From Octopus sinensis (Eukaryota), in contig NC_043011.1 of NCBI RefSeq assembly GCF_006345805.1, positions 34,980,464 to 35,044,463 of the forward strand: a DNA stretch of 64,000 bases. Direction: 5' to 3'. Of the stretch, positions 1 through 10,378 are shown one piece after another. The notes beneath the pieces are model-generated. The model made no database searches, was not told the DNA's origin, and worked only from the letters and a program-made list of their open reading frames with translations. The translations under genes were made by a program, and so were the position numbers. Position 1 is the stretch's first letter, and each line of letters begins with the position of its first letter.

Positions 1-2771
1 AAATTTTTATGCTTGTTATTTACCGTTCAAACTCTGTGTGTGTAGTATATATGTGTTCGTTTTGTATTACTGGTTTCTAGGCTGTAAACCGTCCACTTAG
101 CAACAAAACATAAAACTGCTATAAACAAGTTCACCGAACCTAATCAGCTACGATTTATTTCTACATTAAAAAAAAAGGCAAAAACTGAATAGGATTTTTT
201 TTCTTCCTTTTTATGGATAAAGATGAACGTTATACTTTCCAATATGTTATCACTCGACAACCTGTAAGAAAGAGCAGCCAAATTTCCCTCCATTACTGTC
301 TTAATAGGAAAGAAGACACGTTTGATGTGTATGTAGTTCGGTTAATAACGTTAGCATATTTAATGCAGTCGTGTAAAGAGTCTAGAACGCCTTTGAACAC
401 CATCAATAGGTCTGGTCTACTCAATATAAATTGACCGGGAGTTGAACACTATTTTGCAACAACCGCCATTTAACTGGAAAATATAAACCTCTGGAAAATA
501 TAAACCTCTGGTTTTCATGCTTGCAAGATTATTTTTTGGAAATCATTTTTCGCTTCGATTCTTTTTTTTTTTTTTTTTAAAGGTTGATGAAATTAGTAAA
601 ACATGTGATCAACATAGCTGATCTCACCTGAAAAAAGTGTTACGTTAGGGAGGTTTCTCGCTGTGCGAGCGGATTAGGGAATTATTCCCCTCCATGTGGG
701 TTTTCTTGCAGAATCTACTTTATCCAATGAAGCATAGCGTATGTTTCCTTTGAATCTGAGTACGTACGTACATACGTACGTATATGCTCTCGCGTTTATT
801 TGTAATAATTGTGAGGTCTAGAAATATTTGCCGAGTAGTTAATATTTGAGTCCGGATCATTGTCGATTAAAAAGAGATCTATATGAATTAAAGCGTTCTA
901 GGACTGCATTATCCGGCAGACATGGCGAAGAAAGATAGTGTTTGTTGAGTGTTATCTAGTTATGTATTCTACCAAGAATTACCTTTTATTCCCCCATACG
1001 CCACAATAATCACTCTATTGTCTTAATTGATGGGGATTTTGTTGCTATTTCTAGCGGATCGACAGACCACTTAGAAGCTAGCTTGTCAGCTTGTCTGCAC
1101 GCGACTTGTTTTGGTGGTGAATGTTGTTTATCCTACAAATCAACTGTGATTTGACTCTGATGAAAAACGGTGGCATAACTTCGCCAAAACGGTATTCCAG
1201 CTATGAACACCCCCGTCTTATACTCTTATTCAGTACACCTTAGTGTAATCTCGCCTCGAGGTGCATGCACTGTGATGGTTGTTTTGCAAACTACTTAGGT
1301 TCAAGTGTTTGGCTGTTTCAAGAAATTGCAGTTCCTGCAGTTAGGATGAGAGCTCACTGTCGGGCTTAAATTTCTATTTTGTTTATATGTAGTTATGGCG
1401 TGTCAGTTGTATATTGAGTGCAGGCATGACCAAATGGTTTATAATATTCGCTTCGCAGTCATGTCTCCCGGGTTGAGCAGAACGGGCTTGTGGGCGAAAT
1501 CGGGTTGACAGGAGCTGTGTGGAGGCCCTTCGGATGGATGCATTATCGTATTTGTGTAGTCTAAAGGCCCAACCTTTGTCACATGGTATCACCGGTGATT
1601 CAACCTGAGAATTTAGGAAGTGCATTAGCAGTAAATGTGTCTGTGGAATACACAGCCACTAATATGATGTTTATTTGACGATTAGCTATTCCGTTAGGAA
1701 CGAATGGAATGTTCATCGTCGAAGCCGACGGAGATCCGTTTTTTATTATTAAACCTAACTGAATTCTTACGTAATGCAAATAAGGCACACGAAACTTTGT
1801 CGGTGTTATTTGAAATTTTAGTTAATCGATGATGCGGTGGTCGTAGAAAATTTAACCTCATGTTAAGCAAGTCAGCAGTTTTTTTTCTTGTTCCACTCGA
1901 CACACACGTGTAATATGTAACTTTATAAGTACACTCGTGTTTGTCTGACTCTTTCTAATTATAAACTGCTGTATTTAACCGTCTCGTGTCAAGTGTACTT
2001 TATAGTGCATGTGCAAATCGGTGGGTGGGACAAAATACTTTTTTTTATTTAGATGTCGAGTTATCTCCCTTCCAAGTAAGGAAAATTTAGCCATTAAGCT
2101 TACTACCGTAAACGATTAAAATTAAATTAAAAAAAAAAAACGTTGCAAGCAAGTGTGTGTGAGCCTGATTACATGTGCCTTACTTTCGTTAATCACTTTA
2201 GGTGTCTTTATAATCGCGGACAGGCGTAGACACCTTACCAGCTTTCCAAACTGCTTAACGTAGTTGAATATCGCATATGTGATCCCGGGCCCGGATCGAG
2301 TACGGTTGATCGTGGGAATTTTCCGAGCCCCCCCCTTTGTCAGCGCGATTTTTTTTCGTCATGTAATGTGTCAGTTACACCATCACCTGGCACACCTGGT
2401 ACTTTTACCATTATTTTTTTCCAGTTGAATAAGTCTTGGCTCATCGTGGTACCTTGCACCACAGGAGATAACGCACCACTCGGTCCCACGGATCGAATGT
2501 GTGCGACCTTATTATTGTAAGCTCGACATCCTAATATCACTAGGCAACTAGATCTACTATGTAAGCACTTGAGCTAGATATATTGGGGGTCGATATGATT
2601 GATTAATCCTCTGGAAGAAAGTATTCCGTATGGCTGCAATCCAAACACTGAAATCGAGCGAATGGCACCACTCACAAACTTTGAGGTTTCATCTTCGATT
2701 TTCCTTAACCCCTTTCAGATACTTATCGAATGTTCATTTTTTATAAGAATTGTTATTAGCTTGGGGCGATC

Positions 2772-3186
2772 TTTCGTCTCTAGTAGACCTTTCCGTCGAT
2801 TTCCGTAAAAATTTTTTTTTTTTTTTACATATGGGCTTGCGGTAACTTTTGAAGTAATATACATACATATACACATACACCGAGTAAAAAATTTCAGTTA
2901 TCTCTTTCTTTCACACATTACTCTCTCTGTCTCTTCACACACACTAACAGAAGCACTTCACTTACACAACATACTGTCTCCCACACCCCATCAAACACAC
3001 ACACACACACATGTACATCAATGCTTCCCCTGGACGGTAACTTCAAAAGAACTTCCCTCGTCATACAATCGCTTTCTCTTAGTCTCTTTCGCTCTCATTA
3101 CTTCAAAAGTTCCCGCAAGCCCATATGTAAAAAAAAAAAAAAAATTTTTTTACGGAAATCGACGGAAAGGTCTACTAGAGACGAAA
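2772..3186. mobile_element. Foldback/MITE-like element with ~87-90 bp near-perfect inverted arms
   Basis: Arms 2772-2858 and 3097-3186 are reverse complements apart from one substitution and homopolymer length; 238-bp spacer; no TSD seen. Confidence 0.75.
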
Positions 3187-3549
3187 CATTGCCTTCAGCG
3201 CAATTTTCCGTTTGGCGTATCATTCAGAAAGTTTCGCGGACCGCAGTTTGCCCAAACTTTCAGTGAATTCGTGTTCTGACGAGGGAAGGAAGGATGGGTT
3301 CATTGATCCGGCACAGTCCGTGGTGTGGATACAGTGAGACGGATATTGAATTTACCGGGATACATTGCATGTATGCTCATCAGATGACTTTAATAGATAA
3401 GCAGACAGCACGTTAGTAGACTGTGATGGAATCGAATAATGTCTTGCCAGTCGATCGGGAAGCAGGTTTCTGTTTTCAGTGTCATTTAGATTATATCCGT
3501 GGGAGAAACAGCACAGGTGTGTTTGTTTGTATATATATATATATATATA

Positions 3550-3710
3550 GTTAATCCAAACAAGAAAGCACAAAAAACACAACAACGCGAGGACGTGGAA
3601 CAAATATAGTATTATTGGACGTTTAACGTTTCGAGCGGAGCTCTTCGTCGGAAACATAGAAGGGAAGACAGAGGAAAAAAAATCGCCAACGGTAAACACG
3701 AGGTCACATT
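3550..3710 (-). mobile_element. Penelope-like element terminal (pLTR-like) fragment inserted in (TA)n, carrying a hammerhead-like motif
   Basis: ~160-bp island flanked on both sides by (TA)n; contains CCGACGAAGAGC-tcc-GCTCGAAACGTT on the minus strand, the CxGAxGAAG..CGAAACG pattern typical of Penelope-associated hammerheads. Confidence 0.6.
3619..3657 (-). ncRNA. Minimal type-I hammerhead ribozyme-like motif (variant core)
   Basis: Minus strand AUGUUU-CCGACGA-A-GAGC(UCC)GCUC-GAA-ACGU-U-AAACGU: stem I 6 bp, stem II 4 bp, palindromic loop-less stem III; U4 replaced by C; cleavage triplet GUU. Confidence 0.55.
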
Positions 3711-3732
3711 TATATATATATATATATATATA

Positions 3733-3870
3733 GGGTTTCCATTCAGTTTCCATCTACGAAGTTTACTCTCCAGGCATTGGGCGACCCATGGCTAAAATAG
3801 GTGTTGCGTAGTGGGACCGAACCCGAAATCACATGGTTGCCAAGCGAGCTTCTTAATCACACAACCAACA
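3733..3870 (-). mobile_element. tRNA-derived SINE family B fragment (OR/CORE-SINE-like)
   Basis: Reverse complement of the ..gtggtaag..ggttcagtcccac..ggaaactgaaagaagccc consensus seen >25 times in the window. Confidence 0.7.
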
Positions 3871-3947
3871 ATTACTGTTTCGGATATAGAAATCCTTTAA
3901 ACCTTTTTATACTCCTCCTCAGCTATTTCTCTTTCGCTACTAGGTCC

Positions 3948-4257
3948 AGGCGTGACTTGTGTGGTAAGAAGCGTGCTTCTCAACCACATTGTTTCGGGTT
4001 CAGTCCCACTGCGTGGCACCTTCTACTATAGTCTCCAGCCGACCAAAGCCTTGTGAGTGGATTTGGTAGACGGAAACTGAAATAAGCTCATCATATGTTT
4101 GTATGTGTGTTTGTCTCCTCTCTCCATCGCTTGACAACTTAGCGGTTCGGCAAGAGGCCGATAGAATAAGTACTAGGCTTACAAAAAATGCCCTGGGGTC
4201 GACTAAAGGCAGTGCTCCAGCATGGCCGCAGTCAAATGGCTGAAACCAATAAAAGAA
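3948..4257 (+). mobile_element. SINE family B (OR/CORE-SINE-like), near full length
   Basis: gtgtggtaagaagc..gggttcagtcccactgcgtggcacc..gagtggatttggtagacggaaactgaaa..ccagcatggccgcagtcaaatg. The accttgggcaagtgtc segment in family members resembles the CORE domain (family name from recall, not a search). Confidence 0.8.
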
Positions 4258-4546
4258 TTTATTTTCATTATTGCTGTTCATGTCCGCCAGCTTATGCAAT
4301 CCAGGACGAATTTGGGTCAAGTCGTGGAGACTCCCCCCCCGATGCATTTATGAAGCAGAATTTTTTGAATGGAAATACCAGTGAAGTAAAACTTAAGCAC
4401 AAATACAGGTGATTAAGTTGCTATCAGGTGTTGGCTGTTTATGGTCGATAGGAAGCGCTCCCTGGGGAGCGGCTCTGCATATGACAGTCTCACGTGTCAT
4501 ACAGTTTGTTGATATTGTTAGCATGGACTCGGTATTTCGTTTTGCA

Positions 4547-4777
4547 GGCGGCGAGTTGGCAGAGACGTTAGCACCTTGGGCGAAAGGCTTAGCGGTATTT
4601 CGCCTGTCGTTACGTTCTGAGTTCAAATTCCGCCGAGGTCGACTTTGCCTTTCATCCTTTCGGGGTCGATAAATTAAGTACCAGTTACGCACTGGGGTCG
4701 ATGTAATCGACTTAATACCTATGTCTGTCCTTGTTTGTCCCCTCTGTGTTTAGCCCCTTGTGGGTAATAAAGAAATA
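4547..4777 (+). mobile_element. Young tRNA-derived SINE family A with a perfect 16-bp TSD
   Basis: Element ggcggcgagttggcag..cctttcggggtcgataaattaagtacc..gtaataaagaaata flanked by GGTATTTCGTTTTGCA at 4531-4546 and 4778-4793. Confidence 0.9.
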
Positions 4778-5619
4778 GGTATTTCGTTTTGCAACCATAA
4801 TGTACTACCAAGTAAATTAAAGGTTTAAAAGTCAGTAGTGTGCCTTACTTTAATGTTAGCAGAGCGATGTTTTCATTTCAAAGTTTATCTCCACAGATTT
4901 TCTCTAAAATTTAGAGCTAGCACTGTGCTGGCTCCGAATTCTATAGAAAAATCTGTGGAGATGAACTTATAAAATAGTTGAATGAACTGAGATCTTCGAA
5001 ACAGTTACTAGTTATATACAGGCCGAAAAAAAAAAGACTTGCTATGGCTTAAAACTGCTTTTAAACGTATGATTAGTTTTGACCTGTGGTTAAACAAGTG
5101 TACATCTGCAAGTGACAGTACAACTGCGTAGAAATTCCATCATGCGGCTTAGATACTATAAGCTGTGTTATAGCATAATTAGAGAGTGCAGAAAATAGGT
5201 CCAAGGAAAAAGAAAAAAGGCCTGGTTTATTTTATGTCGCATTTTGTTGTTTTACGACTTTAGCTTTTACTTTCTACACGCCGATGAAAGAAATAGGTCG
5301 TTAGATATGTGGATCGATTCAGTTGTAGTAGTAGTAGTAGTAGTAATAATAGTAATAATCGTTATAATGTTTACCTCTTCCTCCATTCACACCGTATTCA
5401 GACTTGAAGTAGCTTGTCTCTATTATGGAAGTGTGTGTCGTTCACATCGCCATTGCAAATATATTTTCTTACCTTCTTAAATTATATTATCTATTGCTAA
5501 GCAGTTTCTCCTACATCTGGCAGGTCGTTCGAATAGGGGCTCCGTTGCTGCTTAGACCTGCTAGAAGTAGCAACGACATTTCCCTCAAATCACACCCAAC
5601 TATCTTAAAGAGATGAGGA

Positions 5620-5690
5620 CGACTACATTTCAGAGTGTAGTCCATTGACGAACCACGTGGTTTTTTAGAAAGAAAACCGGAAGTATTTGC
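5620..5690. promoter_or_regulatory. Promoter-like motif cluster (ACTACA, CRE half-site, E-box, ETS)
   Basis: GACTACA-8nt-TGTAGTC (5621-5642), TGACG (5646-5650), CCACGTGG (5653-5660), CCGGAAGT (5677-5684) within ~65 bp, at the end of the CpG-rich zone. Confidence 0.45.
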
Positions 5691-8030
5691 TTTGGCCGCT
5701 TCGCTTATATTTTTTTAGTTTTAATGACCCACCATGCAATCTGTTAAGCAGATTTAGGTCTCCTTGTCAGCTCTCTCTCTCATATCCTGTTTATCTACTT
5801 AGCAATTTATTTTCGTTTTAATTGCCAGTTTTTCTTTGTAAATCTCCGCCCACACACACACGCACTAGTGAACTTAGCACATTATATTTGCTTATGTGGA
5901 AAAGCATGAATGTCACAGACTCCCTAATTACTACCTGTGTATCTTGAGGCGTTGTGTCTGTAAGAAACAAGTGACAGTAACAGCAGTGGTAGTTATAATG
6001 ATACTTGTTGTAACGAACGATTACTGCTAATTACAGCTTATTTAGCACAAAAGCTTTGTATCTTATCTTTTCGTTATTTCAGTCATTGGAATGCGGCCAT
6101 GCTGGGGCACCACGTTGAAGGTTTTTTTTTGTTAATCGAACAAATCGACCCTAGTACATATTTTTACAGTTTATTTTATCAGTGTCTATCGGTCTCTTTC
6201 TATTGCTCGGTTACGGGGACGTAAACAAACCAACATCAGTTGTCAAGCTACGGGATTGTCGGACATATACGCATCTCTTTCTCTCTCTCTTTCTCTAAGT
6301 ATACACACATCACGGATTTTTTGACAAATCTCCCGTCTACCACTGATTCTCTACTATTTTTTGTCTTTGAACCCCGTTGGTTCCCATTTTACTCGGTGGA
6401 CCCTGATGGCTATTTGATATTTAAGAACCCTATTATACTTTTATAATTAAATAATAGGAATTGTATAAAAAAAAAAATGTCAATATTTTTTGTATAGCAG
6501 AGGTATAATCAATCTATTGCACATTTTTTTAAACAACTAATCTTGTATGGACCCCCATGGGTGGTCTACCATATTCACTAACAAGGGCCTGAGTCTATAG
6601 TAGAAGACACTTGCCTATAGTAGAAGACTAAACCTGGAACTACATGGTTGCCAAGTTAGCTTCTTAACCACATAGCTATGTCTGACTCTTCCTAAGAAGG
6701 AAAAAAATTGAATGTACACGAGTATGATGTTGGTGATTGCCGAGGTATACGACACATATGTATCTATAACTTTTGAAGTATTGATGTAAAAGAATTTAGC
6801 AAATTTCGAACTTGAAACTTCAAGGCTTTGCATTTTACTTACTGTAAAACCATGACAGCTAGCCTTACTATTGTGTTAAGCATCAGCATTCTAACAATAT
6901 TGATGATGATGATGATGATGATAATAATTAACAATGGTTTCAAATTTTGCCACTGGGCCAGCAATTCCAGAGGCAGAGAGTTAGTTGATTACACTGACAG
7001 TAATATTTAACCAGTACTTTATTCTATTGACCCCCAGAAAGATGAAAGGACAAGGTGACCTCGTTGAGATTTGAACTCAGAAAGTAAAGCCCCAGAAGGA
7101 ATGTTTAAGCATTTTTGTCCAGTGCATGAATGATTCTGCCAGCAACGACTAGCTGCTTATTTTATTAACCCTGAAAAAATGAACTACTAAGTTGACCTCT
7201 GTTGGATTGGAACTCTGAGCTCTAGCTAAATACTATATTTTGTCTGAAGCTGTAATGTTTTCTGCTCACCTACCACTTTGGTTATTGTAGTAGTAGTAGT
7301 TGTTTGGCCCTGAATTCCACTCATGACAATTTCATTTTCATGCCTATCTCTTGGGATACTTTATCTAATAGGTTTTGATTTTCAAAGTGTATAAGGTATG
7401 ATTTGAAGGGAAATTTAACAGGCCAAGAGATCTATTAAGGCTCCCTCTTTAAACAAAATACAAAAAAGGTATTTTTGATAAGGCAGTTATAGATGTACTA
7501 TAAGCTGAAAATAATGAAATTGTGGTTGGAATCCCTTTGATCATATTCTTGTTCAATCAGGCCTAACCTGGAGTCAATGCTGATTGATTATTTGTTCCTA
7601 AATGCTATGATATCATGTAACATTTAAGAGCAAAATATTGCTGATTAAATCTGATAAGGTAAATAAATTGCTTTTGTGTGTAGGTGCATGAATATATATA
7701 AAGCCCTAACACTGTGTTAACGATAGAGGCTATGGACATCTTGTGATTGTATAGGATATATTTTTGCAATGGTGTAGTGGGGTGGTAAACCACGGGGGAA
7801 AATTTAAGATTCGCTGTTAAAAGGATTCCATATTGGTTGGAAACACAGTTGTTGTTGTCCAGCCCCTTTCAGCTCTGATTTAGTACACCATGGCAAATGT
7901 CTTCTGCTGTAGCCTTGACCTAATTGAAGCCTTGTGATTGAATTTGGTAGGTGTAAGTTCCTGTTGTGTATGTGAATGTTCTTGTGCCTCCTAACAGAGG
8001 AGGGTATATATATATATATATATATATATA

Positions 8031-8260
8031 GGGCGGCGAGCTGGTAGAAACGTTAGCACGCCGGGCGAAATTCGTAGCCGTATTTCGTCTGTCGTTACGT
8101 TCCGAGTTCAAATTCCGCCGAGGTCGACTTTGTCTTTCATCCTTTCGGGGTCGATAAATTAAGTACCAGTTACGCACTGGGGTCGATGTAGTCGACTTAA
8201 TCCCTTTGTCTGTCCTTGTTTGTCCCCTCTGTGTTTAGCCCCTTGTGGGTAGTAAAGAAA
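8031..8260 (+). mobile_element. Young SINE family A inserted in (TA)n
   Basis: Nearly identical to 4547-4777; (TA)n on both sides. Older family-A copies at ~6940-7143(-), 9181-9390, 9517-9700, 47725-47945 and 57270-57465. Confidence 0.9.
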
Positions 8261-8291
<31 letters not shown>

Positions 8292-8574
8292 TTTGTTCTC
8301 TTTGACCTATGCATCTACTGGAAAACTGGAACATCAAAAATGATTTATATATAATATATGGAATCACTGATTTTAGTTATCATTCAGCTGGTGTTAGAAA
8401 CATAAATTGTGACTAAGGTTTGGTGGAAGGTTTTAATTCAAAACTTATTGAAAACAAGACATTTGTACTCAGAGCCAGAGGCGGTTTCAGGCAGGTTGGT
8501 ATCGACAGGGTTAAAGTTGGTTAATTATTGCACACATTCACCTGTAGCTCTGTTCTTAGTCCTACTTTCTTTAA

Positions 8575-8780
8575 CCTTTTGGTATTCAAATTATTTTATC
8601 AAATTTTGTTTAGTTGTATTGTTTTGAATTAATTGTGCATTATCTTGTAATTTAGAGATTTTGATGATTTAGTTTTAGAATGATATTTTTAGGGTTCAGA
8701 GGAGAGGCCAGATCTGGCCAGTTTTAACATAAAACAGGTTAAATACTAGGGCCAGATATGGCTGGCTTGAACACTAAGGG
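8575..8780 (+). mobile_element. piggyBac-type MITE (TTAA-CCCTTTAG..CTAAAGGG-TTAA family), degenerate copy
   Basis: Internal sequence shared with 13723-13943; ends ..actaagggtta. Confidence 0.7.
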
Positions 8781-9805
8781 TTATTTGTGGAGTTGAAATA
8801 TATTGTGGGTACTAAGCAGATTACTTCACAGTGATGAAGAAATCAACTTTTGGAAGTGATGGTCTACTTGAAGAAGTTTCAATTCTCGCTACTCAGTTTG
8901 TTGAGTGAGACAACTTTTTACTTTTTGAAAACATTTGTTTTTTTTAGTCACAATCTTAATAAATTTGAATACACAATTTTAAATCTTCAGAGAGTGGTAA
9001 AATGCTTTAAACCACTCAATCCGGTGCTTTTGCTAGTTATTTCTAGGACATATACTATATGTCTGTAGACAGCATTTATTTATAATACAAATTTTTGTGT
9101 AGATGAAAACAAAGAACTGTTTCATTGTTTTCAATTTTATTTTCTGCCCATCACTAATTATGGACTGTATTTAAGGTAGTAAGATACCAGAATCGATAGC
9201 AGACCAGGCGAAATGCTTAGTGGCATTTCGACTGTCTTTATGTTCTGAGTTCAAATTCAGCTGAGGTTGACTTTGCCTTTTATCCTTTTAGGGTCAATAA
9301 AATAAATACCAATCAAGTGCCGGGGGTCAATGGAATCAACTAGCCCCCTCCCCTAAAATTTCAGGCCTTGTGCCTAAAGTAGGAAGGAATAATTATGTAC
9401 TATATTTAGTTTGACGTTGATTGATACAATCTCGAGTTGGGGTATATTTTTGAAATGTAGCAAGGCTTTAATGTTCCATATTTATAAGGTGCCTAGAGTA
9501 GAAAAGAATATTATGCCAGGTGAAATGCTTAGCGGTATTTCGTCTGTCTTTATGTTCTGAGTTCAAATTCCGCCGAGGTTGACTTTGCCTTTCATCCTTT
9601 CGGGATCGATAAATTAAGTACCAGTTGCGTATTGGGGGTCAATCCAATTGACTGGCCCCCTGCCCCCAAATTTTAGGCTTTGTGCCTGGAGTAGAAAATA
9701 ATATTCCATATTTATTTGTCTATAAATTGCAGTGTTTAATTTACACTTCGGTTATAATGTTTTGGTTTCAGTCTTTGGCCTGAACCCAAGTCATACATGG
9801 TTTTG

Positions 9806-9807
<2 letters not shown>

Positions 9808-9858
<51 letters not shown>
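9808..9858. repeat. (TA)n microsatellite
   Basis: ~25 perfect TA units. Confidence 0.95.
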
Positions 9859-9860
<2 letters not shown>

Positions 9861-9869
9861 TGTGAATAC

Positions 9870-10378
9870 CTATTGGGTCAAGCAAATCAAAATCAAATCA
9901 CAATCAAATGTGATACCAGTGCTGGTGGTATGCAATAAGCACCATTTATGCGTGGGTCACTACCAGAACCGCCTGACTGGCTCCCCATGCTGGTGGCACA
10001 TAAAAAGCACCATCCGAACGTGGTTGATGCCAGTCCTTCTACCCCGACTGGATCCTGTGCTGGTGGAACGTAAAAAGCACTGTCCGAATGTGGTTGATGT
10101 CAGCCCCTTGCCCCGACCAGCTCCTGTGCCGGTGGCACATAAAAAGCACCATATGAAAGTGGCCGATGCCAGTGCCGCCTGACTGGCTCCTATGCCGGTG
10201 ACACATAAAGACCACCCACTACACTCTCAGAGTGGTTGGCGTTAGGGAGGGCATCTAGCTGTAGAAACATTGCCAGATCAGACTGGAGCCTGGTGCAGTC
10301 TCCTGGCTTGCCAGTCCCCAGTTAAACCGTCCAACCCATGCCAGTATGGAAAACAGACATTAAACGTTGATGATGACG
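9870..10378 (+). mobile_element. RTE-LINE 3' UTR-derived element with tandem internal modules and (GAT)n tail
   Basis: Modules gactggctcc..gtgccggtggcacrtaaaaagcacc followed by gagtggttggcgttagg..cccatgccagtatggaaaacagacattaaacg(ttg/atg)n; same 3' end as the RTE copy at 60061-60775. Confidence 0.8.

Noticed and set aside
645-680. TTAGGG telomeric units
   Set aside because: Only two isolated hexamers.
1383-1903. Minus-strand gene suggested by short ORFs and splice-like sites (donor ~1770, acceptor ~1605)
   Set aside because: No recognisable protein in any frame; strand composition fits a plus-strand intron.
3340-3383. Second hammerhead candidate (CTGATGAG on the minus strand with a short stem)
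   Set aside because: No GAAA after the stem; core incomplete.
4547-4640. tRNA genes
   Set aside because: A/B-box-like heads belong to SINEs; no cloverleaf.
5734-5757. accATG CAA TCT GTT AAG (MQSVKQI*) as SCAF exon 1
   Set aside because: Stops after 7 codons; no suitable donor.
9912-10230. CRISPR-like repeat-spacer array
   Set aside because: Eukaryotic intron, no cas genes; the spacers are homologous to each other and the array is part of an RTE 3' UTR. Kept only as a structured-module finding.
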